DNA of 64,000 nt, taken from Squalus acanthias. Its lineage: Eukaryota. A program made the translations under genes and the position numbers. The notes under the pieces were generated by a model, which had not been told where the DNA came from, ran no database searches, and worked only from the letters and a program-made list of their open reading frames with translations. The stretch covers positions 27,654,001 through 27,718,000 of the forward strand of contig CM059432.1 of NCBI GenBank assembly GCA_030390025.1. The letters run 5' to 3'. Shown here one piece after another: positions 51,246-64,000 of the stretch (the stretch's first letter is position 1; each line of letters opens with the position of its first letter).

Positions 51246-52320
51246 TTGCCGGGGTACAGTTCCATGGGCATTCGCATCCTCTGATAACTTGCCGAAATGG
51301 CTATTATTCATGCCTCAGCAAGTGTTGGTTTGCTATTTGACTGTGAAAAGCATCAAATCTAAGCACTTTCCGGCCCTCGCCTGACTCCACACTTTAAAGC
51401 AAGGGTTAGGAGCAGCAGTCCTAGCTGATTATTCCCACCCATGGTCATGGGTCACTGAGTTCAATAGTGGTGCTCCAACTACGGCTTTGGCTGAGATTTT
51501 GTACAATTATCAGTTTCCCTCTACTATGATATTTTATCCTTTAAAACTGCTAGAGAAACAGAGGGTATCCATCACTTTATGTAGAATTCCTCTGATGTGA
51601 CTCAGTTCCAATGACATTATGAATGAGTGCTTTGTTCTTCCTGTTCATGATTTCGAGTACTTATGAAAAAGGACAAGGAACAATCAAAGATGAAAATACT
51701 CAACTGGAAGAGGGTGAATTTGTTTGAATTGAAAATGGATCTAACCCAGGTGGAATGGAAACAAAGGTTATCAGGTAAAACAGTAAATGAGGAACAAGTT
51801 GCCTTCAAGGGGGAGATAGATCAGGTACAGGCTAGACACATTCCTATGAAGGGGAAAGGATGAGTATCCAAAGCTAGAGCTCCCTGGATGACGAAATAAA
51901 TTGGGATTAAAATGGAACAGAAAAAAGAGGCTTGTGGAAAATGTCAGGTTCATAATACAGTAGAGAATGAAGCAGAATATAGAAAGAGCAGAGGAGAACT
52001 GAAAGAGGATGCTAATGTCACAGTAAAGGAGGGGGTAGATAAATTGGTTAGGATAAAAATAGATAAAAGGAGGTACTTGAACGGTTGGCAGAGCTCAAAG
52101 TAGAAAAGTCCCCGAGTCCAGATGAGATGCATCCTAGGTGGCTGAGGGAAGTAAGGGTGGAAATAGCGGCGGCTTTGGCCACAATCTTTCAATCCTCCTT
52201 GGATATTGGGGTGTTGCTAGAGGACTGGAGGGTTTCAAATGTTACACCCCTATTCAAAAAAGGGGAGAGAAATAAACCAGTCAGCCTGATGTCAGTGGTG
52301 GGGAAACTTCGAGAGATCAT

Positions 52321-53264
52321 GGGTTGGAATTTTCCCACAAAAAAAAGGGTCGGTTTGGAACGTGGGGGCAGTTAAATTGTTAAAAATGGGATTCCTGACC
52401 TGATCCCGCCTCCAACCCGCCCACTTCCGGTTTTGCCAGAGGCGGGACGGGGCAGGCGACCAACCCAGTCCCAGAGGGCGTTACCTCAATTTAAATATTG
52501 TAATGAGGCTGGAAGCCTCTTTTTTTCCCCATCCATTTTGAATGTAATTGCCTGTGGATGTGTTTCACACAATTCGTGAAACCCGGCAGTTAAACAGAGG
52601 CGGGGACTGCTGCACCCAAGAGGTAAGTGGATTTATACCTACCTCCTGGATCCAGAGACCTGACCATAGCCATCCCCCCAATCGGAGACCCCCCCCCCAC
52701 GAGGCCTCCGATCGCATTTTCAGGCCCCCCCCCCCCAAATATGATGATCCTCCGGTGGCCGGCCCCCCAGCCGATCCTCCACCCTCCCCTCCTCGATCCC
52801 TGGCTTCCCCCCTCCCCCCGCGATCCCCGATCCCCAATCACCCCACTGCAATCCCCGCTTGCCTGCAGATCCTCGACCTCCCCAATCTCCGACCGTCCCC
52901 CATCGCCTGTCGATCCCCGACCTCCCCGATCCCCTGCTGATCCTGCAAATCCCCCCCCTGCCTATCCTCTTCCCCCCCACCACCGATTGCCGACCCCCCC
53001 TCCTGATTCCCGACCCCCCCCCACTGCCAATTGCCAACCCCCCTCCTGCGATCCCTCCTAGGGACCAATCCCTCGCAACTGAGGCCTACCAGCCCGCAGC
53101 CAACCAGCCTCTCAAGCTGGCTGGCTGCGGACGGGAAAACGAGGCCTCACATTCAAATTAGGCCCTGCCGGTAAAGTCAGCAGGGACTGCGGGAAACCCG
53201 GCCACCTCGGACACCCCCCCCCCCCCCGGCCCCCAACCCACCTCCCCGAAGAAAATTACAGCCC
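52321..53264. mobile_element. Harbinger-type MITE with C-rich low-complexity core
   Basis: TIRs GGGTTGGAATTTTC / GAAAATTACAGCCC; CR1 RT sequence resumes on both sides. Confidence 0.75.
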
Positions 53265-54309
53265 ATAATCCAGGACAAAATTAATTGTCACTTGAAGAAC
53301 ATGACAGCCAACATGGATTTGTTAAAGGCAAATCGTGTCTGACAAACTTGATTGAATTCTTCAATGAAATAACAAAGAGGGTTAAGGAAGGTAGTGTATT
53401 TGATGTTGTGTATATGGACTATCAGAAGGTATAAAAGTGGCACATAATAGATTTGCTCGCAACATTGAAGCCCAATTAAAGTGGCAGTGGCAGCATGGCT
53501 ACGAAACTGGCTAAGACAGAAAGCAGAGAGTAGTGGTGAATGGTTGTTTATCAGACTGGAGGGAAATATGCAGTGGTGTGCCCCAGGGGTCAGTATTAGG
53601 ATTGCTGCTCTTTTTGATATGTATTTGTGACCTGGATGGGTATAGGGGGCATAATTTCCAAGTTAGCAGATAACACAAAGCTTAGAAAAGCAGTAAACAG
53701 TGAGGAGGATATTAGCAGACTTCAGGAGGACATAGACAGACTGGTGAAATGGGCAGACACATGGCAGATGAGATTTAATGCAGAGAAGTGTGAAGTATGC
53801 ATTTTGGAAGGAAAAATGAGGAGATGCAATATAAATTAAATAGCACAATTTTAAACGGGTTACAGGGAAAGAGTGACCTGGTTGTTCCCATACAAAAATC
53901 TTTGAATGTGGCAGGACAAGTTGATAAGGCTGTTAAAAATATCATACAGGATCCTTAGCTTTATAAATAGAGGCATTGAGTACAAAAGCTAGTATCAAAT
54001 CAAAGGAGGAAGCTTATAAAGTTGCCAGAAAAAGTGGTCAGCCTGAGGATTGGGATCTTTTTAGAAATCAGCAAAGGGGGACCAAGAAATTGATAAAGAA
54101 AGGGAAAATGGAATCTGAGCACAAACTAGCAAAAAATATAAAAACGGATTGTAAAAGCTTCTTTAGGTATGTGAAAAGGAAAAGACTGGCGAAGGTAAAT
54201 GTAGGTCCTTTACAGTCAGAGACAGGAGAATTTATAATGGGGAATGAGGAAATGGCAGAGAAATTAAATAAATACTTTGTTTCTGTCTTCACGGAGGAAG
54301 ACACAAAAA

Positions 54310-55518
54310 ACATAAGAAATAGGAGCAGGAGTAGGCCATTCGGCCCTTCGAGCCTGCTCCGCCATTCAATGAGATCATGGCTGATCTTCTGCCTCAACTC
54401 CATTTACCGGCCCTATTGCCATATCCCTTGATGCCCTTACTAGTCAGAAATCTATCGACTTCTGTTTTGAATATATCCAATGACTGAGCCTCCACAGCCC
54501 TCTGGGGTAGAGAATTCCAAAGATTCACCACCCTCTGTGTGAAGAAATTTCTTCTCATCTCAGTCCTGAATGGCCTACCCTTTATCTTGAGGCTGTGGCC
54601 CCTGGTTCTAGACTCCCCAGCCAAGGGAAACATTCTCCCAGCATCCATCCTATCAAGCCCTGTAATAATTTTGTATGCTTCAATGAGATCCCCTCTCATT
54701 CTTCTGAATTCAAGAGAATACAGGCCTAGTTTACTCAATCTCTTCTCATACGACAGTCCCGCCATCCCAGGAATCAATCTTGTGAACCTTCGTTGCACTC
54801 CCTCTATGGTAAGTATATCCTTCCTTAGGTAAGGAGACCAAAATTGTACACAGTACTCCAGGTGTGGTCTCACCAAGGCCCTATATAATTGGAGTAAGAC
54901 TTTTTTACTCCTGTACTCAAATCCTCTTGTAATGAAGGCCAGCATATCATTTGCCTTCCTAATGGCTTGCTGCACCTGCACATTCACTTTCAGTGACTCA
55001 TGTACAAGGACACCCAGGTCCCTTTGAGCATCTGCATTCCCCAATCTTTCACCATTTGGGAAATACTCTGCCTTTCTGTTTTTTCTACCAAAGTGGATAA
55101 CTTCACATTTATCCACATTATATTCCATCTGCCATGTTCTCACCCACTCACTGAGCCTGTCGAGATCCCCTTGAAGCCTCTTCACATCCTCTTCGCAACT
55201 GACACTGCCACCTAACTTTGTATCATCAGCAAATTTGGAAATGTTACATTTAGTCTCCTCATCCAAATCATTGATATACAGTAGATTGTGAATAGCTGGG
55301 GCCAAGCACTGATCCTTGCGGTACCCCACTAGTCACAGCCTGCCATCCTGAAAAAGACCCATTTATCCCTATTCTTTGTTTTCTGTCTGTTAACCAATTC
55401 TCAATCCATGCTAGTATATTACCCCCAATTCCATGTGCCCTAATTTTGTTCACCAACCTCTTGTGTGGGACCTTATCGAAGGCCTTCTGAAAATCCAGAT
55501 ATACCACATCTACTGGTT
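54310..55518 (-). mobile_element. CR1 3' 1.2 kb, same subfamily as its host
   Basis: ORFs 54394-55329 and 55268-55537 are near-identical to 59350-60459. Confidence 0.95.
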
Positions 55519-58500
55519 CATAAGAACATAAGAACATAAGAAATAGGAGCAGGAGTAGGCCAATCGGCCCCTCGAGCCTGCTCCGCCATTCAATAAGATC
55601 ATGGCTGATCTGATCCTAACCTCAAATCTAAAGAACACAAGAAGTAGGAGCAGGACCTGGCCACTCAGCCCCTGGGCCCGCTCCGCCACCCACAGGGCCT
55701 TGACCGATCCAAACTCAGCCTCATGTCCAATTTCCTGCCCACTCCCTGTAACCCCGAATTCCCTTTACTTCTAGGAAACTGTCTATTTCTGTTTTAAATT
55801 TATTTAATGATGTAGCTTCCACAGCTTCCTGGGGCAGCAAATTCCACAGACCTACTACCCTCTGAGTGAAGAAGTTTCTCCTCATCTCAGTTTTGAAAGA
55901 GCAGCCCTTTATTCTAAGATTATGCCCCCTAGTTCTAGTTTCACCCATCCTTGGGAACATCCTTACCACATCCACCCGATCAAGCCCCTTCACAATCTTA
56001 TATGTTTCAATAAGATCGCCTCTCATTCTTCTGAACTCCAATGAGTAGAGTCCCAATCTACTCAACCTCTCCTCATATGTCCACCCCCTCATCCCCAGGA
56101 TTAACCGAGTGAACCTTCCTTGTACTGCCTCGAGAGCAAGTATGTCTTTTCTTAAGTATGGACACCAAAACTGTATGCAGTATTCCAGGTGCGGTCTCAC
56201 CAATACCTTATATAACTGCAGCAATACCTCCCTGTTTTTATAATCTATCCCCCTAGCAATAAAAGCCAACATTCCGTTGGCCTTCTTGATCACCTGCTGC
56301 ACCTGCATACTAACTTTTTGATTTTCTTGCACTAGGACCCCCAGATCCCTTTGTACTGCAGTACTTTCCAGTTTCTCGCCATTAAGATAATAACTTGCTC
56401 TCTGATTTTTCCTGCCAAAGTGCATAACCTCACATTTTCCAATATTGTATTGCATCTGCCAAATCTCCGCCCACTCACCCAGCCTGTCTATATCCCCTTG
56501 TAGGTTTTTTATGTCCTCCTTACTTTCTATTTCCCTCCCATCTTTGTATCATCTGCAAACTTTGATATGTTACACTCAGTCCCCTCCTCCAAATCGTTAA
56601 TATAGATTGTAAAGAGTTGGGGACCCAGCACCGACCCCTGCGGAACACCACTGACTACTGGTTGCCAGTCCGAGAATGAACCATTTATCCCAACTCTCTG
56701 CTTCCTGTTAGATAACCAATCCTCCACCCATGCCAGAATAATACCCCCAATCCAGTGATTTTTTATCTTGAGCAATAATCTTTTATGTGGCACCTTGTCG
56801 AATGCCTTCTGGAAGTCTAAATACACTATGTCCACTGGTTCCCCTTTATCCACCCTGTACGTTATGTCCTCAAAGAACTCAAGCACATTTGTCAGACATG
56901 ACTTCCCCTTCATAAAGCCATGCTGACTTTATCCTATTAAATTATGTTTATCTAAATGTTTCATTACTGTCTCCTTAATAATAGACTCCAAAATTTTACC
57001 CACCACAGATGTTAGGCTAACTGGTCTATAATTTCCAGCCTTCTGCCTACTACCCTTTTTAAATAAGGGTGTTACATTAGCAGTTTTCCAATCTGCCGGG
57101 ACCTTTGCTGAGTCCAGAGAATTTTGGTAAATTATTACCAAAGCATCCACAATCCCTACTGCCACTTCCCTCAAGACCCTAGGATGTAAGCCATCAGGTC
57201 CAGGGGATTTATCCGCCTTGAGTCCCATTATTTTACTGAGTACCAATTCCTTAGTGATTTTAATCATATTTAGCTCCTCCCCCCCTAGAGCCCCCTGTTT
57301 GTCCAGTGTTGGGATATTCTTAGTGTCCTCTACCGTAAAGACTGAAACAAAATATTTGTTCAGCATTTTTGCCATCTCCATGTTTCCCACCATTAATTTC
57401 CCGGTCTCATCCTCTAAGGGACCTACGTTTGCCTTAGCCACCCTTTTTCTTTTTATATAACTGCAGAAACTCTTGCTATCTGTTTTTATATTTTTTGCTA
57501 ATTTATTTTCATAATCTATCTTCCCTTTCTTAATCAATCCTTTAGTTACTTTTTGCTGTCTTTTGAAGCCTTCCCAATCTTCTATCCTCCCACTAAGTTT
57601 GGCTACCTTATATGTCCTTGTTTTTAGTCGGATACTATCCTTAATTTCTTTACTTAGCCACGGATGGCTGTCATTTCTTTTGCACCCTTTTTTCCTCAGT
57701 GGAATATATATTTTTTGAATGTTGTAAAATAACTCCTTAAATGAACACCACTGCTCATGTACCGTCTTACCCTTTAATCTATTTTCCCAGTCCACTTTAA
57801 TCAATTCCGCTCTCATACCATCATAGTCTCCTTTATTCAAGCTCAGTACGCTTGTTTGAGAACCAACCTTCTCACCCTCTAATTGGATATGGAATTCAAC
57901 CATGTTATGGTCACTCATTCCAAGGGGATCCTTAACTAGGACATTATTAATTAATCCTGACTCATTACACAGGACCAGGTCCAAGGTTGCTTGCCCCCTT
58001 GTAGGATCAGTTACATACTGCTCAAGAAATCCATCCCTAATACACTCAATAAACTCTTCCTCAAGGCTGCCCTGCCCAATTTGATTTGTCCAGTTAATAT
58101 GATAGTTAAAATCCCCCATAATTATAGCTGTTCCCTTATTACATGCCCCAACTATTTCCTGATTAATACTTCTTCCAGCAGAGTTGCAACTATTAGGAGG
58201 CATATATACTACTCCCACTAGTGTTTTTTTCCCCTTATTATTCCTTATCTCCACCCAAACTGTTTCATTATCCTGATCCTTTGACCCAATATCATTTCTC
58301 TGTATTACAGTGATTCCTTCCTTTATTAACATAGCCACCCCACCTCCCCTTCCTTCCTGCCTGTCCTTCCTGATTGTTAAATACCCTGGCATATTTAATT
58401 CCCAGTCGTTGTCACCCTGCAGCCATGTTTCTGTAATGGCCACAAGATCATACCCATACGTAGTTATTTGTGCCGTTAACTCGTCCATTTTGTTACGAAT

Positions 58501-58548
58501 GCTACGTGCATTCAGATAAAGAACTTTCAAATATGTTTTGTGACACAT
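55519..58548 (-). mobile_element. CR1 ORF2 (EN + RT) with doubled 3' end
   Basis: ORFs 56929-58596, 56527-56913 and 55721-56455. Confidence 0.96.
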
Positions 58549-58550
58549 AG

Positions 58551-58860
58551 GGCTGGATTTTGTCTTGGGGTCGGGTTGGGGTTGTGTAATCCGCATTCCG
58601 TGTTTCCCCCCCCCGACTCCAGATTAATGTGGATGCCTGATGCAATTTTCACTTAATTGGGCAATTGAGTTGCAGCATGTGGGAACCCATGAACTATTTA
58701 GTGTTTTCAGTCTGAAAGGCGCCTCTGATGATGTCATCATTGCTGACTGCCTAGTCTCAGAGACTGTTGGTGAGAGAGGACTTGCCTGGCTTTTGATGTG
58801 AGTGGACCTGGAGTGGGGGGTGGAGAGAGAGAGCGAGAGAGAGTACTGTTTTTTTTATTA
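58551..58860. mobile_element. One end of a Harbinger-type element, truncated
   Basis: ATA|GGGCTGGATTTTG terminus like the other MITE ends; no partner TIR found. Confidence 0.5.
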
Positions 58861-61800
58861 ATAATAATAAACCTCCCAGAAATATGAGAAAACCAAGGGT
58901 GTGGCGAGAATGAGGAACTTAAAGAAATTATTATTCGTAAAAAAACAGTACTAGCAAAATTAATGGGACTAAAAGTCGATAAATCCCAAGGACCGGATGA
59001 CCTACATCCTAGGGTTTTGAAAGAGTTGGCCATTGGGATAGTGGACGCATTGGTTGTCATCTTCCAGAATTCTATAGATTCTGGAACGGTCCCTGCAGAT
59101 TGGAGGATAGCAAATGTAACCCCGCTATTTAAGAAAGAAGGGAGAGAGGAAACGGGGAACTACAGACCTGTTAGCCTCACATCAGTAGTTGGGAAAATGC
59201 TGGAATCTATTATAAAGGATACAATAACTGGGCACTTAGAAACTAATAGTAAGATTGGGCAGAGTCAACGTGGATTTATGAAAGGGAAATCCTATTTAAC
59301 AAACCTATTGGAGTTCTTTGAGGATGTAACTAGTGGAGTAGACAAAGGGGAACTGGTAGATGTGGTGTATTTGGATTTTCAGGAGGCCTTCGATAAGGTC
59401 CCACACAAGAGGTTGGTGAACAAAATTAGGGCACCTGGAATTGGGGGTAATATACTAGCATGGATTGAGAATTGGTTAACAGACAGAAAACAAAGAGAAG
59501 GGATAAACGGGTCTTTTTCAGGATGGCAGGCTGTGACTAGTGGATCGGTGCTTGGGCCCCAGCTATTCACAATCTATATCAATGATTTGGATGAGGGGAC
59601 TAAATGTAACATTTTCAAATTTGCTGATGATACAAAGCTAGGTGGCAGTGTCAGTTGTGAAGAGGATGTGAAGAGGCTTCAAGGGGATCTCGACAGGCTC
59701 AGTGAGTGGGCAAGAACATGGCAGATGGAATAGAATGTGGATAAATGTGAAGTTATCCACTTTGGTAGAAAAAACAGAAAGGCAGAGTATTTCCTAAATG
59801 GTGAAAGATTGGGGAATGCAGATGCTCAAAGGGACCTGGGTGTCATTGTACATGAGTCACTGAAAGTGGATGTGCAGGTGCAGCAAGCCATTAGGAAGGC
59901 AAATGGTATGCTGGCCTTCATTACAAGAGGATTTGAGTACAGGAGTAAAGAAGTCTTACTCCAATTATATAGGGCCTTGGTGAGACCACACCTGGAGTAC
60001 TGTGTACAATTTTGGTCTCCTTACCTAAGGAAGGATATACTTGCCATAGAGAGAGTGCAATGAAGGTTCACGAGATTGATTCCTGGGATGGCAGGACTGT
60101 CGTATGAGAAGAGATTGAGTAAACTAGGCCTGAATTCTCTTGAATTCAGAAGAATGAGAGGGAATCTCATTGAAGCATACAAAATTATTATAGGGCTTGA
60201 TAGGGTGGATGCTGGGAGAATGTTTCCCTTGGCTGGGGAGTCTAGAACCAGGGGCCACAGCCTCAAGATAAAGGGTAGGCCATTCAGGACTGAGATGAGA
60301 AGAAATTTCTTCACACAGAGGGTGGTAAATCTTTGGAATTCTCTACCCCAGACGGCTGTGGAGGCTCAGTCATTGGGTATATTCAAAACAGAAGTCGATA
60401 GATTTCTGACTAGTAAGGGCATCAAGGGATATGGCAATAGGGCCGGTGAATGGAGTTGAGGCAGAAAATCAGCCATGATCTCTTTGAGTGGCGGAGCAGG
60501 CTCGAAGGGCTGAATGGCCTACTCCTGCTCCTATTTCTTATGTTCTTATGTTCTTAAGTTATGGTAAGCCTTTATTAATCACTGGTTAGTCCCCAGCTAG
60601 AATATTGTGTCCTTTCTGGGCACTACACTTTAGGAAGGATGTCCAGGCCTTGGAGAGAATGCAGAGGAGATTTACCATATTGGTACCAGGGATGACGGAC
60701 TTCAGTTATATGGAGAGACTAGAGAAGTTACAATTGCTCTCCTTAGAGCAGGGAAGGTTAAGGAGGGCTTTAATGAGATTTAATTTGGACACAGATTTAA
60801 AATAATTGGCAAAAAAGCCAGGGGGAGATGAGCAGATTTTTTTTTTACGCAGCACGTTGTTATAATCTGGAATGCACTGCCTGAAAGGACAGTGGAAGCA
60901 GATTCAATAGTAACTTTCAAAAGAGAATTGGATATATACTTAAAAAGGAGAAATTTGCATGGCTATGGGGAAAGAGAAGGAGAGTGGGACTAATTGGATA
61001 GCTCTTCAAAGAGTCGGCACAAGCATGTTGGGCTGAATGGCCTCTTTCTGTGCTGTATGATTCTATGATATCAATGGGGTGAAACTTCATGACATTGATG
61101 TGTAAAGGTGCACTGATAGTTAAATTTAGGACTCTTGTTATAATATAACATATAATTTCAAATTCCCTTATAAGCAAAAATAATAATGATTCAGTGCCAG
61201 AATGAAAACACTTGGCTAGGTAAGATTTAAGAACTAAAGCATTTATGTATTTCCCCGCCAAATGTTGCCCCTCTTCTCTTTAAATACATACAGCAGTACA
61301 GTTGAATGGGTGCCAGAAATTACCTCTAGTTTGCCTAATTCATGTGTGAGCAATATTACAGCATTATTATTTGACCCTGGGGGATGTTACCGTTGAACCG
61401 AATCCTCAAACTATGCACGTACATTTCCTGCAAGAGTCACTGGATAGCGATCAGGAGTGGGATCTCCAGCTAGCGCAGCTTTATTATTCAGTCTTGGGAT
61501 ATGGGCATTGCTGGCAAAGCTGGCATTTATTGCCCATCCCTAGCTGCCCTGAGAAGGTGATGATGGACTTTCTTCTTATTCTTTGTAACAGTCTGACACA
61601 ACTGAATGGCTTGCTAAGCCATTTCAGAAGTCAGTTAAGAAGGAGACAACTGGAGTGGAGTGGGACTGGAGTCACATATGGGTCAGACCAGATAATGACG
61701 GCAGCTTTCCTTCCTAAAGGGCATAAGTGAAGCAGTTGGGTTTTTATCGACAATCCGACAGCTTCACGGTCACTTTTACTGATACCAGCTTTTTTTTTTA

Positions 61801-63589
61801 ATTCCCAGATTTTTACTAAAAACTGTATTTAAATTCTCAGCCACTTTAGGATTTGAACTCATGTTCTCTGAATTATTAGTCCAGGCCTCTGGACCAAAAT
61901 CACTCCACTAACATACCTAAGTACTCATTTTGCAGATACTGAGGCCAATTTTTAAATATTGCTCGTCATTTTTCATCCCACCACATATAATATAGCACCT
62001 GATCTCCTGAGGTATTGCATGCAATAAATCCTGGATCTACAGCATGGTTGTTAGTTTTAGCATGGCTACATGCTGAACCTCACAAGCTGGGAGTAGATCA
62101 CAGCAGGGACAGCGGTGTGGGGGCACGCTCAGCAGAGGACAGGAAGCCACAAAATGAAGCTAGGCAAGGCCGTGAAGTGAATCTGCACAGGTGCAGGGAA
62201 ATGGGACTAATAATATTGGTTTGTGCACCTGCGACTTGCCACATGTTAAGTTCTTGATTTTGGCCATACTGTCATGGGAGGGCACTGAGCAGAGAGGCCA
62301 GCGAGAAGGAAAATAAAATTGGAAAAAGACTCATTCTCCCCCAAGCTTCAGCTTCCTACTAACTGGCTGCAGCCCGGGGATAAGGTACCATTTAGCCTAC
62401 ATAACAACAGGCTACAGCGGAAGACAACAGCGCTAATGATAAATATCTCAGTAACTTGACCTCAGTGGCTAGTACAACTCTTCAGGCTTTTGAATGATCG
62501 AAAGATCACTGAACCCATGAAAATGTGCGCCTGTAATGCCATTTGGTCTTGAGTTCTCCCGCTTTACATAACAGAGTATAGTGCCCTGTGGAAGTTATTG
62601 TGCATCTACAATCATTGGCACTTACTAAATGTAAAAGCTCCTTTAGAGATTTTGCACTAGATTACCTCATTCAAATTATCCTGAACCCTGATGCATGCTC
62701 CAGCACCCCAACTGAACAGCAATAGTTAATTTTGTATCTCAGTTTCTGCATGGAAACGACAGACTGCTGTTTGAGGTTGTCCAATGGTAGCATTGTGTAT
62801 GCATCTGTCTGGACGTGTGTGAGATGGAGAGGAAAAGGAGACTGAGTGAATTTTGAATACATACGGGGAAAAAAAACTTGATCTAAGTTTGTTTTAAATG
62901 TCATCTTTACCAACAATGTGCATTCTTACCAATCATGTTTTATGATTCTGAGATCCTCTGATTTGTGGTTGGACAGGTATGCACAACAAATGAAGTAAAC
63001 TCCCAAAATTACGGCAAGTTATGAAATCTTACATCATCTGATGGGCAGTTACTCATAGTTATATGTAATTTCATCTTGTGGGCAGATATTCATAGTCATA
63101 GTACGTGAGTTCAGTCACATCTCCAGGGAGCCTAGCAGCAGTGCAATTGCATCTACATTGCAGAACATGCTGAAAGAGTGAGCAGGCCAGGTATATTGAA
63201 ACAGTAAGCTAGCTATCCATTTGCTTTGCTACTTTTGCTGTTTGTAGGTGCAGCATATGGTAAATTAGAACTGCCATATCGTAAAAATGCTGTTATACAA
63301 GCCCATTTTATAGATTGAGTCTTGTCATTAAAAATGTGTTGAGTTGATCTCAGTTGGGACAAAGATGGAGGTGCTACACTTGGCTTCAATGCCCTGGATT
63401 AGGGAGGGGAATAAATTGGCCAAAGGTTGCTATTCCTGATCACCTAAAAGATCTTCTACCTAAAAGTGCTCATGTGTGGATTCAACTGACAACACGATAG
63501 GCCTCAGCTGTATCCACCCTATACTTAAATAGACTAAAGACATTCAGTATCTGTGAAGAGTAACCACTTAGGTGAGGTTCCTGAAGACA

Positions 63590-63780
63590 ACTACAATAAC
63601 AACATGTATTTATATACTACCTTTAACGTGGTAAAACGTTCCAAGGCACTTCTCAGGAGCGTTACCAAACAAAATTTGATACCGAGCCACATAAGGAGAT
63701 ATTAGGACAGGTAACCAAAAGCTTGGCCAAAGAGGTAGGTTTTAAGGAGCATGTTAAAGGAAGAGAGAGAGGTAGAGAGG
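63590..63780 (-). mobile_element. L2 3' end
   Basis: Reverse complement of the 35080-35260 L2 tail. Confidence 0.85.
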
Positions 63781-63836
63781 CACTAGTGCCTGTGTAACTA
63801 TACTCTAGCAGGAGTCAGCATCAGGAGAGGAGAGGA

Positions 63837-63981
63837 AACAAATTGACCCTTAGTGTTAGGGGGGATTAAATATGTGGGGTTACGGGGATAGGATGGGATA
63901 TGTTAGGGGGAATTAAATACGTGGGGTTACGGGGATAGGGTGGGATATGTGTCGGTGCAGGCTCGATGGGGATTCTGTGTG
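63837..63981 (+). mobile_element. HE1-type SINE 3' fragment with internal duplication
   Basis: Matches the reverse complement of ~21090-21220; the GGGGTTACGGGGATAGG block occurs twice. Confidence 0.8.
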
Positions 63982-64000
63982 AGAAAGCAGGGACAGGGTA

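Larger units (their letters stand above)
53991..60556 (+). mobile_element. Younger CR1 (53991-54309 and 58870-60556), split by a composite insert
   Basis: VFTEEDTKN at 54309 continues as LPEI at 58872; RT 58963-60459; tail to 60556. Confidence 0.92.
51640..61068 (+). mobile_element. Old CR1 (51640-53990 and 60557-61068) hosting nested insertions
   Basis: GIEYKS at ~53975-53990 continues as (E)VM...SLVSPQLEYC at ~60557-60610; tail at ~61050-61068. Confidence 0.85.

Noticed and set aside
52548..53161. Pro-rich/Gly-rich overlapping ORFs
   Set aside because: C-rich low-complexity MITE interior that lacks stops by composition.
62015..62916. Short ORFs in unique-looking sequence
   Set aside because: No recognisable motifs or convincing splice signals; lengths are compatible with chance.

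Overview
Eukaryotic (vertebrate) genomic DNA made up almost entirely of transposable elements. The repeat set points to a cartilaginous fish, probably a shark (inference): several CR1 LINE subfamilies, HE1/V-type and Deu-type tRNA SINEs, L2, RTE, and many PIF/Harbinger elements. I recognise no host protein-coding gene; there are only a few weak minus-strand exon candidates. Main points: (1) a complete two-gene Harbinger transposon (41561-46104) with 15-bp TIRs and a TAA TSD, carrying a spliced Myb/SANT + AT-hook gene convergent with a DDE transposase, plus about nine Harbinger-type derivatives/MITEs; (2) a near-intact CR1 (7700-11637) whose only lesions are three single-G indels; (3) a shared (T/G)TTAAAC-stop junction that puts ORF2 in the -1 frame in three divergent CR1 subfamilies, a candidate programmed -1 frameshift; (4) a 15-bp minisatellite of about 78 copies at the 5' end of a Harbinger transposase; (5) a multi-level CR1 nest at 51.6-61.1 kb containing a composite 4.56-kb insert; (6) a CR1 subfamily with a doubled 3' terminus. 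Boundaries were read by eye and are approximate unless TIR/TSD positions are given.
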